From contig CAMTXC010000002.1 in the NCBI GenBank assembly GCA_947085635.1, forward strand, positions 140,724-204,723: a stretch of 64,000 bases of DNA, given 5' to 3'. This DNA is from an uncultured Actinomycetes bacterium (lineage in GTDB: Bacteria; Actinomycetota; Thermoleophilia; RBG-16-64-13). Under the pieces are notes generated by a model. That model was not told where the DNA came from. It did not search any database and worked only from the letters and a program-made list of their open reading frames with translations. The position numbers and the translations under genes are program-made. This document shows positions 32,899 to 43,162 of the stretch, in pieces (the stretch's first letter is position 1; each line of letters opens with the position of its first letter).

Positions 32899-34632
32899 TC
32901 AGCCCCCCACGCGCACCACCCAGTCTTTGGGAGCATAGGTGCTACTGAACTCGTCTTCGAGCACCACCCTGCCTGAAGAATCCCGAACCACACGCCGCAC
33001 CTCCACCGCCCGCCCGGCGACCCCAGCCTCGACAGACGAAGTGGTGCCGCGCGGCATCGCGGGATCGCGGAGTCGTCGAGGGTTCTCCTCAGAGCTACGC
33101 GGATCGACCAGATCGCGGAACGGTGATGTCTCGTACTCCACCGACCGGTCCCACTCCGGCGCAGCCAGAGCCACCTCGACCGACCGATCGGTCGCGGTGA
33201 CCGAAAGCAGCAAGACCGTGTCCGAGTCGTTGGTGAAGCGGACGTCGACGGACCCGTATGAGACAGTCGCGTCCCGGCCGATCGGGTAGTGATCTATGTA
33301 GAACGAGTGCGGTTTGCGCTCCGCGATCGGCAGCCCGGCGAAGAAGGCCGTGTTGAAGAGGGTTGTGGCCACCTGGCAGATGCCGCCACCCACGCCCGGC
33401 GTGAGCACCCCGTCGCGGATCACGGGAGCCTCATCGAAGCCGGCCTCTCTCGTGCGCGGACCAACGGTGTCGTTGAACGAGAAGGTCTCCCCCGGTCTGA
33501 TGACCACGCCGTCGAGCTTCTTCGAGACCTGGACTATGTTGTTCACGCGGGCCGAGTCCGCCGGACTGTAGTAGGTGGTGAACGAAGCTACCTCGCGCCG
33601 CTCTCCGAGTTGGTAGGCGTCCTCCGTGGTCAGGCGGGGAGGCACCTGGGTGGTAGGTATGGGCACGTATCGTCGCCCGCTCTCGAAGGCGACGCGGGTC
33701 ATGGAGCCCAGGAGAGCCGACCATTCCACCAAGGTCCCCTCGCTACTTGGAAGCACGGTGAACCCCTTCTCCCCCTCGGTGGGGATGATAACGGCCTCCA
33801 CCGGAGGATCTTCGACAGCCGCAAGCCGCGGTTGCATGAGTTCTCGGGCGACCTCGGTGTCGAAGCTGAGGGGTAGGCCCGAGGTCATTCCGGAAGGGTT
33901 GAACTCCGCCATGGCTACCAACTCCTCGGGCGAGACCATGATCTCCTTCCCCTGGTACCCCAGGGTCAGCGGCTCGGCGAGCGCGACCTTGACCTCGTCC
34001 AGGGCGGCGCGGGCATCCTCGGTCGTCACGGTGGGTGCCACGACGGTCAGAGGCACCTGCACTTCGCTCTCATCGCTGGACAGGGCAGCCAGGAACGCAG
34101 AAAGCAGCGCGTCACGCTCCAGCACCGCGCCTGCGACGGCGGCTACCGCCTTAGGCCTCCCCGAGTCGAACGCAAGACGACCGTTCTTGCACAGGGCTTC
34201 GAATCGAAGGGCAACACCGTCGGCGAACGAGGTCCACCGCACTTCATCAACCTCATAGGCGACAGGGACCTCGATCGGCTCGACACTCAGGACCGGCACC
34301 AATCTGACAAGGCGATCCACGATACCCTCGCCAGACCCCGTGCCGAGGGCGGCCGAGACGGTCGCGCCCACGTCCAAAGAGATCCCGACATCTTCGGCTG
34401 TCACCGACATGGCGCCTTCGTCGCCCACAAGGTCGATCTCGATCGACGATCGCGGGCCCAGTCGCTGCTCGAGGGCTGCCGCGGCGCTTGCCGCATCGAG
34501 TCCTCCGAGTTCGACTCCCCCGGCCGTCACCCCAGGTGGGATCGTGCCGGGATCGGTGCGCCCCATTGCCAACGCACCCCCGCCGACGAGGGCCACCACA
34601 CACACGATCGCTCCGATGAACACCCTCGACAC
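32899..34632 (-). CDS. VanW-family cell-wall-associated protein with an N-terminal TM and a C-terminal G5-like domain
   Basis: VanW core FSFNDTVGPRT...GGGICQVATTLFNTAFFAGLPI...HSFYIDHYP.GRDATV. The C-terminal portion (about 50 aa) resembles G5. Confidence 0.8.
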   Translation of the reverse strand: MSRVFIGAIVCVVALVGGGALAMGRTDPGTIPPGVTAGGVELGGLDAASAAAALEQRLGPRSSIEIDLVGDEGAMSVTAEDVGISLDVGATVSAALGTGSGEGIVDRLVRLVPVLSVEPIEVPVAYEVDEVRWTSFADGVALRFEALCKNGRLAFDSGRPKAVAAVAGAVLERDALLSAFLAALSSDESEVQVPLTVVAPTVTTEDARAALDEVKVALAEPLTLGYQGKEIMVSPEELVAMAEFNPSGMTSGLPLSFDTEVARELMQPRLAAVEDPPVEAVIIPTEGEKGFTVLPSSEGTLVEWSALLGSMTRVAFESGRRYVPIPTTQVPPRLTTEDAYQLGERREVASFTTYYSPADSARVNNIVQVSKKLDGVVIRPGETFSFNDTVGPRTREAGFDEAPVIRDGVLTPGVGGGICQVATTLFNTAFFAGLPIAERKPHSFYIDHYPIGRDATVSYGSVDVRFTNDSDTVLLLSVTATDRSVEVALAAPEWDRSVEYETSPFRDLVDPRSSEENPRRLRDPAMPRGTTSSVEAGVAGRAVEVRRVVRDSSGRVVLEDEFSSTYAPKDWVVRVGG

Positions 34633-34644
34633 GCGCCTCAGACC

Positions 34645-37164
34645 CTAGCCTTCCTCGTCGCTTCGAAGCTCCTCTATGATCCGTCGGATGGTGTCAGCGT
34701 GCGTGCTCAGCAGCGCTTCCGCCGCTTCCTCCGTATCGGCTTCCGCGTAGATGTGGAACACCGGGTCTCCGGCGTCGGGCAGGTATTGCACCCAATCATC
34801 GCGCCCTGCGGCCACCTTTATGCCGTCGAGCAGGGACACCCGTTCGTGCTTGAACTCCTCCACCAACTGGCGCATGACCGCGCCCTTCACCCCCCACGGG
34901 CACGGCACGACCGCGTGAGCCATGACTACCTTCGGCAGATCGGCCACCAGCACCGACACAGGCTCATCGCCCATGGCGATGGTCTCCAGTATCAGAACAA
35001 GGGTCAGCAGGGAATCCGGGGCGGGAAGGAAGGACGGCAGGATGAATCTGCCCTCTGTCGTCGCCGCGAAGATGGTGTGAGCGCGGGTCGCCTCCGCAAA
35101 CAGCGCAGAGTCGGCCGCGCGGGTGCGAATCACGTTGGCGCCGCACTCGGCGGCCACCTCGTCGGCGTGGCGCGTCATGTGCACGGGTAGAGCCAGGTTG
35201 CCCGGACCGTGTCGTTCGCACACGTGTCGCATGAGCAGGAGCAGCAGAGCTTCGTCGCTCACGCGGTTGCCGTTCTCATCCAAGACGTAGACACCTTCGG
35301 CCGCCGGGTCCACGCACACGCCCAGGTCGGCTCCCATGGCGGCCACCAACTTTCGCAACCGCTCACCTTCTGGATCTGCCACTCCCCGCGCCCGCTGGCT
35401 CTGATCGGGGCCGGCGGCCGCATTGATGCTCACCACTTCCAGATCCAGCGAGTGCAGTATGTTGGGCAGGACGATCGACGAGGCGGAGAACCCATGGTCC
35501 AGCACCAGTCGGAACTCGCGGGCACGGATGCGATCGACGTCGCATGACGCAAGCAGAGCGCCGAGGTAGCCTTCGAGCAATCTTGCGGGAAAGGTGATCG
35601 TGCCCATCTCTTCGGGGGACGCCCTGCGGTAGTCCTCCCGGTAGAAGATATTCTCGATGGAGCGCTCCGCCGACGGACCGATGGGGATACCCGGAGGGGT
35701 GGAAAAGAGGATCTCGACCTCTTCCGGACTGTCCCGACACACCCGAAGATGTACTCCGCCCGCGGAGTTGCCGCTGCGCAGGTCGAAGCGGTTGAGCGAA
35801 CCCGGAGCCACGCGCAGGTCGCGCACCGAGACGCCCGTGGCGTTGAGCCCCGCCACAAGAGCCCGGTTGAACACGCGAGTGGCCGGATGCCAGTCACGGC
35901 TCGCCGTGATGACGTCCCCCGGGTTCAGCACGGTGCCGTACGACATGGCCAGGCGCATCACGAGCTCGGGAGTCACGTCGACATTGATGAGGCCGCGCAC
36001 GCCGTTTTTCCCGAACAGGGCGCTGAGGCCACGCGACTCCCAGATCACACTGGCCCGCACCGAAGCGCCCGCTTCGATCACCTTGTCGGGATAGATCTTG
36101 ATGTCGCTGCCGATCACCGCACTCTCGCCCACCGAACAGCCGTCGCCAACCACGGCCCCGGCGGAGACATCGGCGTTGGCGCGAAGATCCACGTTGGAGC
36201 CGACCACCGCTCCCGTGAGGCGCACCCCCGGACCCACGTATACCCGGTCGCCCACGACCGAACCGGAGATGGACGCCCCATCGCGAACCACCACGTTGTT
36301 GCCCAGAACGGTGTGTGCTCCGATGGTAGCGTTCGCGGATACGCGCGCGAAGTCACCGATGAGAGCCGGGCCCTCGACCCGGTCGATACTCTCGAGGTCG
36401 ACCCCGTGACCCAGCCAGACGTTCCCGCGAAGCCTCACGCCGGGCATCTGGACGCGCACCTTGCCGTCGAGGGCGTCCCTGTTCGCCTGGAGGAACTGGG
36501 CGAGGGTCCCAATGTCTTGCCAGTAACCGTCGCACAGCAGCCCATACAGGGGCTTCCTCAGTTCGTGCAGCCGCGGGAAGAGCTCGTGGCTGAAGTCGAA
36601 CGGCTGTCCTGGAGGGATATGGTCGAAGACCTCCGGCTCGAGCACGTAGACGCCCGTGTTGATCGTGTCGGAGAACACCTGACCCCACCCCGGTTTCTCC
36701 AGGAACCTCTCGATCCTCCCCTCTTCGTCCACTATGACCACACCGAACTCCAGCGGGTTGTCCACGCTCTTGAGGGCGATGGTCACAAGGGCCTCTCGTT
36801 CGTGGTGGAAGGCCACGATCTCACTCAAGTCGAAATCGGTAAGCGCATCTCCACTGATCACGAGGAAGGTGTCGTCGAGCGACGATTCGGCGTTCTTCAC
36901 CGAGCCCGCGGTGCCGAGAGGGCTCTCCTCGACGCTGTACTCGATGCGCATGTCGAAGGCCGAGCCGTCGCGGAAGTAGTTCTGGATCAACTGCGGCATG
37001 AAGGCCACCGTCATCACGACGTCGCGAATACCGTGTCTCGCGAGAAGCTCGAGGATGTGCAGAGCCGTGGGCTTGTTCACCACCGACACCATCGGCTTCG
37101 GCTGGTTGGACGTGAGTGGTCGAAGTCGCGTGCCTTGCCCGCCGGCCATGACGACCGCTTTCAC
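34645..37164 (-). CDS. Sugar-1-phosphate nucleotidyltransferase (ManC/GlmU-like, with a left-handed beta-helix) fused to a phosphohexomutase-like domain with degenerate catalytic motifs
   Basis: N-terminus [21 protein letters not shown]; hexapeptide repeats at aa ~250-370. The C-terminal PGM/PMM fold is recognisable ([22 protein letters not shown]), but TASHNP aligns to RVCRDS and DGDGDR to DPAAEG. Confidence 0.75.
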   Translation of the reverse strand: MKAVVMAGGQGTRLRPLTSNQPKPMVSVVNKPTALHILELLARHGIRDVVMTVAFMPQLIQNYFRDGSAFDMRIEYSVEESPLGTAGSVKNAESSLDDTFLVISGDALTDFDLSEIVAFHHEREALVTIALKSVDNPLEFGVVIVDEEGRIERFLEKPGWGQVFSDTINTGVYVLEPEVFDHIPPGQPFDFSHELFPRLHELRKPLYGLLCDGYWQDIGTLAQFLQANRDALDGKVRVQMPGVRLRGNVWLGHGVDLESIDRVEGPALIGDFARVSANATIGAHTVLGNNVVVRDGASISGSVVGDRVYVGPGVRLTGAVVGSNVDLRANADVSAGAVVGDGCSVGESAVIGSDIKIYPDKVIEAGASVRASVIWESRGLSALFGKNGVRGLINVDVTPELVMRLAMSYGTVLNPGDVITASRDWHPATRVFNRALVAGLNATGVSVRDLRVAPGSLNRFDLRSGNSAGGVHLRVCRDSPEEVEILFSTPPGIPIGPSAERSIENIFYREDYRRASPEEMGTITFPARLLEGYLGALLASCDVDRIRAREFRLVLDHGFSASSIVLPNILHSLDLEVVSINAAAGPDQSQRARGVADPEGERLRKLVAAMGADLGVCVDPAAEGVYVLDENGNRVSDEALLLLLMRHVCERHGPGNLALPVHMTRHADEVAAECGANVIRTRAADSALFAEATRAHTIFAATTEGRFILPSFLPAPDSLLTLVLILETIAMGDEPVSVLVADLPKVVMAHAVVPCPWGVKGAVMRQLVEEFKHERVSLLDGIKVAAGRDDWVQYLPDAGDPVFHIYAEADTEEAAEALLSTHADTIRRIIEELRSDEEG

Positions 37165-37180
37165 GGTGCTCCCCTCTCGT

Positions 37181-37720
37181 TCACGCGCCCGCCCTCCCGA
37201 CCACCCCCGGGCGTGGACGCCGGAACTGACGCACGCCTTGATGCGTGTAGACGGCGGCCGATGTCAGCGACAACGCCGCACCCCCCCAGAAGAGAGACTC
37301 GGCCACCTCGGCGCCCAACACTGCCAGGAAGAGAGCCAGCATCAAGACCGCCGTGCTGACCTTACCCAGGAGGTTCACCGGCACCTGCGTGCCCCTACGA
37401 TTCAGGACGTAGTACCCCGCCATGACATATGCATCTCGCACCAGCACCGCCATCAGGGGCGCTGTGGGAAGGCGGTGTGTCACCAAGAGGATGACCAGAG
37501 CGCTGCCGATGAGCAGGCGGTCCGCGAGCGGGTCCGCGAAACGCCCGAAGTCGGTGACTGTATCGGTGCGTCTGGCGATCTGACCATCGAGCCAGTCGGT
37601 GATCGACGCCACCGCGAACAGGACCCCCGCGACGAGAGAGCCACCACCGTCATCAACGGCCAGAAAGTAGATGAACACGGGGATGATCAGCAGCCGGAAC
37701 ATGGTCAACACGTTCGCCAC
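37181..37720 (-). CDS. pgsA: CDP-alcohol phosphatidyltransferase (PgsA-like)
   Basis: Motif DWLDGQIAR...G...DPLADRLL, multi-TM, 179 aa. Confidence 0.85.
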   Translation of the reverse strand: MANVLTMFRLLIIPVFIYFLAVDDGGGSLVAGVLFAVASITDWLDGQIARRTDTVTDFGRFADPLADRLLIGSALVILLVTHRLPTAPLMAVLVRDAYVMAGYYVLNRRGTQVPVNLLGKVSTAVLMLALFLAVLGAEVAESLFWGGAALSLTSAAVYTHQGVRQFRRPRPGVVGRAGA

Positions 37721-37821
37721 TGCGCACCTCCCTCACCGTGTCCACGTACGGTGGTCGCCACGTGTACCGCTCCGCGCGGGACTCCGTCGACCCCGATCGG
37801 AACCCACAAGGAAAGATGAAG

Positions 37822-37895
37822 TCGGGACGGCCAGATTCGAACTGGCGACCTCCCGGCCCCCAGCCGGATGCGCTACCAGACTGCGCCACGTCCCG
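37822..37895 (-). tRNA. tRNA-Pro (anticodon GGG), no encoded CCA
   Basis: Manual cloverleaf: acceptor CGGGACG/CGTCCCG, D arm GCGC-AGTCTGGTA-GCGC, anticodon arm TCCGG-CTGGGGG-CCGGG, variable AGGTC, T arm GCCAG-TTCGAAT-CTGGC, discriminator A. 74 nt. Confidence 0.9.
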
Positions 37896-37929
37896 ACGCA
37901 GGGGTCAGTATACCAAACGCTCGGGGCGG

Positions 37930-38970
37930 CTAGTGACGCTCGGGGCGCCGCTCTCGCAACATGAGATCGCGCACGCTGTCGCGCACGTCCTTGCCCTCGT
38001 AGACGACAGCGACGACATTCTCGGTGATGGGCATCTCGACGCCTTTCGATCGTGCGAGGCGCAGGATCGCGGGGGCGGCCGTGAGCCCCTCGGCCACCAT
38101 GCCGATCTCGGATTCGATTTCCGCGGGGGAGTGCCCGTGGGCTATCAGTTCGCCCGCCAGGCGGTTGCGACTATGGCGCGAAGTGCACGTGGCCACCAGA
38201 TCGCCCAGGCCGGCCAAGCCGGCGAACGTCAGCGGCTCCGCACCCAGCGCGATGCCCAGACGCGCCATCTCGGCGATGCCTCGCGTCATGAGGGCCGCCC
38301 TCGCATTGTCACCGTACCCCACCCCGTCACCCATGCCCGTGGCGACTGCGATGATGTTCTTCACGGCGCTCGCCAGCTCGACACCGATCAGATCGTGGTT
38401 GACGTAGGCTCTGAATGTCTCAGTGGAGAGCAATTCCTGCAGAGCCTCGGCGAACTCCACGTCGTCCGATGCGATCACGGTGGCCGTGGGCTGGTCGAGG
38501 GTGACCTCTTCGGCGTGATTCGGCCCGGAGAGCACGGCCACTCGTGGATTCGCAGCCTGCCACGCTTCTTGCAGGAGCTCGGAAAAACGGCGCAGAGTCG
38601 CCGGCTCGACGCCCTTCGTGAGGCTGAGTACGCCGACGTTCTTCGGTATGCGGGCCGCGAGGGACTCGGCGACCTCGGCGTACACCTTGCTCGGTACCGC
38701 CATCACGATCAGATCGACATCGAAGAGATCACCCTCGGTGTAGACCCCGGCGTCGAGCGTGTGAGGAAGGGCGGTCTTCGTGAGGTACTCCGGGTTGTGC
38801 CTCGACTCCAAGATGGCCGCGGCCTGCTCCGGGCGCCTGCCTAGAAGCCTGGTGCGAGCGCCGACCAGCGCCAAGTGCCGCGCCATGGCCGTTCCCCAGC
38901 TGCCCGCGCCGATGACGGCGACGACAAGGGTCTCTCCCTCACGCGGGACGAATACCGTCCCTCGGCTCAC
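37930..38970 (-). CDS. gpsA: NAD(P)H-dependent glycerol-3-phosphate dehydrogenase
   Basis: VAVIGAGSWGTAMA, LTKGVE, NHAEEV, GLGDLVATCTS..SRN. GTG 38970 forms a GTGA overlap with the plsY stop. Confidence 0.9.
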   Translation of the reverse strand: MSRGTVFVPREGETLVVAVIGAGSWGTAMARHLALVGARTRLLGRRPEQAAAILESRHNPEYLTKTALPHTLDAGVYTEGDLFDVDLIVMAVPSKVYAEVAESLAARIPKNVGVLSLTKGVEPATLRRFSELLQEAWQAANPRVAVLSGPNHAEEVTLDQPTATVIASDDVEFAEALQELLSTETFRAYVNHDLIGVELASAVKNIIAVATGMGDGVGYGDNARAALMTRGIAEMARLGIALGAEPLTFAGLAGLGDLVATCTSRHSRNRLAGELIAHGHSPAEIESEIGMVAEGLTAAPAILRLARSKGVEMPITENVVAVVYEGKDVRDSVRDLMLRERRPERH

Positions 38971-39668
38971 GACGTACCCCCTTCGTCGGGATCCCGGTGG
39001 AGGTCGGAGGGCGCTTCCTGCTGCGCTTTCGCCGTTTTGCCCCTCCCCCACTCGCGTCGAACAAGGAACGCCCCCACCCGCGACCACGTGAGACCGCTCT
39101 TCGGCTCCGTCCCCCGGAACAAGCGGCGCAGGTTCCCACGGTGCGCCCAGACGACGATACCAGAAGCCGCGAGCGAGAACAGCAGATAGGCCGTGGGCTG
39201 CTCCCCGAGGAACGCGAGCACCGGCAAACCGACGGCAGCCGTGACCGAAGCCGCCGACACGAAAGACGTCGACAGAAGCACCACCGCGAACACGCCGAGA
39301 AGCATCACGAGCGAGATGGGCATCATCGCGAGCAGCACACCGGCTCCCGTGGCCACGCCCTTGCCCCCGCGTCCTCGCAAGAAGATCGAGTAGTTGTGGC
39401 CGGCGATCGCTGCCAGCGCCACGAGTACGGTCCAGTCGGGTTCAACGAGGAATCGCGCAGCCATCACCGGCGCGAATCCCTTGGCCACGTCGAGCAGCAA
39501 GACCACCACTCCGAGCGGAGTACCGAGTACTCGGAACGCGTTCGTCGCGCCGGCGTTGCCGCTGCCGTGGTCTCGGATGTCGATGCCCCGGACGGCCCTT
39601 CCCAGCAGCAGGCTGGGAGACAACGAACCGATCAAGTAGGCCCCCACGACAAGGGCGACGACCGTCAC
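38967..39668 (-). CDS. plsY: Glycerol-3-phosphate acyltransferase PlsY
   Basis: YLIGSLSPSLLLGR..GIDIRDHGSGNAGATNAFRVLG, GGKGVATGAG. GTG 39668 forms a GTGA overlap with the der stop. Confidence 0.88.
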   Translation of the reverse strand: MTVVALVVGAYLIGSLSPSLLLGRAVRGIDIRDHGSGNAGATNAFRVLGTPLGVVVLLLDVAKGFAPVMAARFLVEPDWTVLVALAAIAGHNYSIFLRGRGGKGVATGAGVLLAMMPISLVMLLGVFAVVLLSTSFVSAASVTAAVGLPVLAFLGEQPTAYLLFSLAASGIVVWAHRGNLRRLFRGTEPKSGLTWSRVGAFLVRREWGRGKTAKAQQEAPSDLHRDPDEGGTS

Positions 39669-40990
39669 GAGTAGCGCTCTTCCTTCCCCTCGAAGTCGAT
39701 CACCAGCGGGATCCCCCATAGGGCGAAGGCGTCGCGCAACCTATTCTCCAGGAAGTAGCCGTAGCTGCGCGTGATCAAAGCCTTCGAGTTCACCATGACC
39801 TTGAAGCGAGGCGGCGAATCCTCGTACTGCACCACGTAGAAGAGCTTCAGCGCCTTTCCACGTCGCTGCGGTGGGTCCTTGCGAGCCCGAAGTCCCTCGA
39901 GCCACGTATTGAGCGCCGGGGTTGGGATGCGGGCCGCGTACCGGCTGTGAAGATCGAGAGCCAGCGGAAGGATCCTCCCGAGATTGCGACCGGTGAGGGC
40001 CGAGATCGTCACCCAGGGCGGTCTCATCTGCACCTTGGCGTTGAGGCGCGCGGTTACCATGTCGAGGTCCATGGTGGACTCGTCCCACTTGTTGAACAGC
40101 ACCGCCGTCGCGCAGCGGGCGCGCTGAGCTTCATACGCCACCTGCAGATCGAGATCCACCAATCCCTCGGACGCATCGACGACCACCAGCGCTACGTCAC
40201 TCCGTTCGAGAGCCTTGATGGTCCGCAGGGAGCTGTAGAATTCGACGTCGTCTTCGCTGCGCTTGCCCCGCCGACGTAGCCCGGCCGTGTCGACGAGATT
40301 CACGAGAGTGCCCTCATGCTCCACGAGTGTGTCGATGGCATCACGCGTCGTGCCGGGGATCGGGGACACGATGGTGCGCTCGTGCCCGAGCAGAGCGTTC
40401 AGTATCGAGCTCTTGCCCACGTTCGGGCGCCCCACGATGGCAACGTTCACCGGGGCCAAGCTTTTCTCCTCGACGGCGGGCTCGGGAAGCGCCCCGATTA
40501 TGGCGTCGAGGATGTCGCCGATGCCCAAGCCGTGCTCGGCCGACACGCCGTGCGGCGTACCCAGACCGAGTGCCCAAAACTCGTTCAGCCGTTCCTCGGC
40601 CGGGCGCAAGTCGATCTTGTTGACCGCCAGCACCACGGGTACGTCACTCCGCCGCAGAATCTCGGCGATCTCGTGTTCCTGAGGGCCCACGCCCGTCTTC
40701 CCGTCCGTGAGGAACACGACCACGGCCGCGAGGTCCACCGCCTGCCGAGCCTGCGCCCGCACTTGGTCGGACAAGGGCTCTTTCGCCTTGAGGTCGATCC
40801 CTCCGGTGTCCACCAGCACGAACGATCGGTGGAGCCATTCCGCAAACCCCTCCTTCCGGTCGCGGGTGACGCCCGCCTCAGGAGCAACCACCGCTTCGCG
40901 GGTCTCTGTGATCCGGTTGAAGAAAGTGGACTTGCCCACGTTCGGATAGCCCACGATGGCCACACGGGGCAGTGAAGCCGATAGGCTCAT
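39665..40990 (-). CDS. der: Ribosome-associated GTPase Der (EngA)
   Basis: Two G domains (GYPNVGKSTFFN ... DTGG; GRPNVGKSSILN ... DTAG ... NKWD) and a KH-like C-terminus. ATG 40990 forms an ATGA overlap with the ispH stop. Confidence 0.92.
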   Translation of the reverse strand: MSLSASLPRVAIVGYPNVGKSTFFNRITETREAVVAPEAGVTRDRKEGFAEWLHRSFVLVDTGGIDLKAKEPLSDQVRAQARQAVDLAAVVVFLTDGKTGVGPQEHEIAEILRRSDVPVVLAVNKIDLRPAEERLNEFWALGLGTPHGVSAEHGLGIGDILDAIIGALPEPAVEEKSLAPVNVAIVGRPNVGKSSILNALLGHERTIVSPIPGTTRDAIDTLVEHEGTLVNLVDTAGLRRRGKRSEDDVEFYSSLRTIKALERSDVALVVVDASEGLVDLDLQVAYEAQRARCATAVLFNKWDESTMDLDMVTARLNAKVQMRPPWVTISALTGRNLGRILPLALDLHSRYAARIPTPALNTWLEGLRARKDPPQRRGKALKLFYVVQYEDSPPRFKVMVNSKALITRSYGYFLENRLRDAFALWGIPLVIDFEGKEERYS

Positions 40991-41835
40991 GACGACAACT
41001 CCCGCACTCGCGCCACCACAGCTTCGATTTGGGCGGGGGGCGTCGAGGCTCCGGCCGTGATCCCCACAGAGTCGACACCCTCCAACCACTCCCGATGGAC
41101 CTCCTCAGCACCTTCGACGTGGAACGAACGAGGCTGCACGGCCGAGCTCAGCTGCACGAGTCGCGCGGTGTTTCCGGAGTCCCTCCCCCCCACCACGATC
41201 ACGAGATCCACCTCTTCGGCCAGTTCCACAGTCTCCCGCTGCCGTCGTTCCGTTGCACTGCAGATGGTGTTGAACACGCGAAGCTCGCGCACCATCGGAG
41301 CAAGAGCCGATGCCAGCGCGGAGAGACGCGCCTGTGATTGAGTCGTCTGAACCACGAGGCCCACTCTCCGTCCGTCGAGCCACTCCGGTATCTCCTCCGG
41401 CCCCTCGAGCACCACCGCGTCGGGGCCGGCGTGAGATCGGATGCCCAGTACCTCCGGATGCTCAGGCTCCCCCAATATAACCACTTTGTATCCTTCGGCT
41501 CGAAGTCGCGCCGCCTTGTCCTGGGCCGCTTTGACGAAAGTGCAGGTGGCGTCGACCACCTGGATATCGCTCTCTGCCAACAAATCTTTCACCTCGATCG
41601 GGATTCCATGCGAACGTATGATGACAGTGCCCTCCGTCTTGGCGCTGAGGTCATCGACCCGACCGATGCCCTCTGCTTCCAACTCCGCGATCACGCCGGG
41701 GTTGTGAATGAGAGGTCCCAAGGTATCGACGGGCGCTTGGCATGTCGACACTGCGTCGCGGGCGATCTCGAGGGCACGCTCGACACCCCAACAGAAGCCG
41801 GCAGAGGCCGGCACGACGATGCGCAGATCGCTCAC
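40987..41835 (-). CDS. ispH: 4-hydroxy-3-methylbut-2-enyl diphosphate reductase
   Basis: AGFCWGVERAL, GPLIHN, IIRSHG, DATCTFV, NTICSAT. GTG 41835 forms a GTGA overlap with the plsC stop. I rejected the 104-aa Arg/Gly-rich extension in the track ORF. Confidence 0.9.
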   Translation of the reverse strand: MSDLRIVVPASAGFCWGVERALEIARDAVSTCQAPVDTLGPLIHNPGVIAELEAEGIGRVDDLSAKTEGTVIIRSHGIPIEVKDLLAESDIQVVDATCTFVKAAQDKAARLRAEGYKVVILGEPEHPEVLGIRSHAGPDAVVLEGPEEIPEWLDGRRVGLVVQTTQSQARLSALASALAPMVRELRVFNTICSATERRQRETVELAEEVDLVIVVGGRDSGNTARLVQLSSAVQPRSFHVEGAEEVHREWLEGVDSVGITAGASTPPAQIEAVVARVRELSS

Positions 41836-42482
41836 TCGACGGACTCCGAAGACGCGGGGACATGTCCCAGCATGGCGCCCAGCCGCGTCATCAAGCGGCC
41901 GCCGATCTCCTGGTGACGCTCCCCCCGCGGGAGCCCCTCGACGCCAACATCCAAAGGGGCGCCGAAGGTCACGGACACACGAGGAAGCCTCGGGACGCCG
42001 CCGCGCACGATGCGGTCCGTACCCGAAAGCGCCACCGGGATCGTAGTGACCCCCTCGCGGAGAGCCAACAGTGCGAACCCCGGCAACGCGGTTCCCAGGC
42101 GACCGGCTCGCTGCCTCGTCCCCTCGGGGAATATCCCCACCACACACCCGTCGTTAAGGTAGCCCACCGCCATCCGGATCGCCTCCCTGTCGGCCTCGCC
42201 CCGCCGCACGGGAAAGGCGCCCAGTCCATCGACGAGACGGCCGAGGGCCGACGACTTCCACAGCTCCGACTTCGCCATGAAGTGGGCTTGGCGCGGAGCC
42301 GCCACCCCGATGAACACCGGATCGATGTTCGAGACGTGGTTCACCGCCAACACGACGGCACCTTGGGTAGGCACGTTCTCGATACCTTCGATTCGCATGC
42401 GGAAGAGCAACCGAAAGGGGTTTCTGATGAGCAATCTGACCAGCTTGTACACCGGCTCGTCGCGCGGACCGGGAATCAGCAT
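41832..42482 (-). CDS. plsC: 1-acyl-sn-glycerol-3-phosphate acyltransferase
   Basis: HX4D motif NHVSNIDP, FPEGTR. ATG 42482 overlaps the cmk stop by 7 nt. Confidence 0.85.
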   Translation of the reverse strand: MLIPGPRDEPVYKLVRLLIRNPFRLLFRMRIEGIENVPTQGAVVLAVNHVSNIDPVFIGVAAPRQAHFMAKSELWKSSALGRLVDGLGAFPVRRGEADREAIRMAVGYLNDGCVVGIFPEGTRQRAGRLGTALPGFALLALREGVTTIPVALSGTDRIVRGGVPRLPRVSVTFGAPLDVGVEGLPRGERHQEIGGRLMTRLGAMLGHVPASSESVE

Positions 42483-43162
42483 GATCCGCTCCCATCGCCC
42501 CTGACGGCGGCCGCCTCGGCGGCGATTCGATCGACCACCTCCTCGATGCTCAGCTCCGTGGTGTCGATCTCGACGGCGTCGCGCGGCTTCTTGAGCGGCG
42601 CGACCGACCGGGCGGAGTCGTGGCTGTCGCGCAAGAGTATCTCCCTCTCCAGCGTCTTTGCGGAGATGCAGATGCCCTGTTCCTCGAGTTGGCGCTTCCG
42701 GCGCATGGCGCGAACGCCCACCGATGCGGTCAAGAATACTTTGAGATCCGCGCGCGGACACACCACCGTACCGATGTCCCGGCCCTCGAGCACCACGTCT
42801 CCCGCCTCGGCGGCCATTCCACGCTGGCGCAGCTTCAAAGCCTCGCGCACTTTACGGTGAGCGGCCACGTACGACACCTTCTGGCTCACCAGCGGCTCAC
42901 GTATGGCGTTGGTCACGTCGCGACCGGCCACGCGCACCTGTGGCACCCCCTGGGCGGATTCCGAAAGGTCGATTTCCATTTCGAGCGCCAGGGACCCTAA
43001 GGCGTCGTCGTCCTCGAGCGAGACGCCCTTCTCGAGGGCAAGGAGGGTCACGGCGCGGTACATCGCCCCGGTGTCCACGTAGGTGAGGCCGAGGCGCTCT
43101 CCGACCGCCTTGGCGATCGTGCTCTTGCCGGAGCCTGCGGGCCCGTCGATGGCGATGATCAT
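42476..43162 (-). CDS. cmk: Cytidylate kinase
   Basis: IIAIDGPAGSGKSTIAKAV...YVDTGAMYRA, EGRDIGTVV. ATGA overlap with the aroA stop. Confidence 0.9.
   Translation of the reverse strand: MIIAIDGPAGSGKSTIAKAVGERLGLTYVDTGAMYRAVTLLALEKGVSLEDDDALGSLALEMEIDLSESAQGVPQVRVAGRDVTNAIREPLVSQKVSYVAAHRKVREALKLRQRGMAAEAGDVVLEGRDIGTVVCPRADLKVFLTASVGVRAMRRKRQLEEQGICISAKTLEREILLRDSHDSARSVAPLKKPRDAVEIDTTELSIEEVVDRIAAEAAAVRGDGSGSC

Noticed and set aside
37721-37929. tRNA-Pro considered as a possible integration hotspot or genomic island boundary.
   Set aside because: There is no integrase, direct repeat of the tRNA 3' end, or compositional break nearby. The flanking genes (gpsA, pgsA) are core lipid genes on the same strand. 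The only tyrosine recombinase (57730-58650) sits in the conserved pyrG-nudix-xerD context and is best read as XerD.
40987-42147. Long N-terminal extensions in track ORFs. Examples are ispH from 42147, der from 41089, plsC from 42761, cmk from 43336, gpsA from 39087, the NUDIX gene from 60889, the M20 peptidase from 61839, hisS from 10445, and the lipoprotein from 13736.
   Set aside because: The extensions overlap the upstream gene, are Arg/Gly-rich low-complexity sequence, and precede the conserved family N-termini. Internal ATG or GTG codons forming 4-nt overlaps with the upstream stop give canonical protein lengths.
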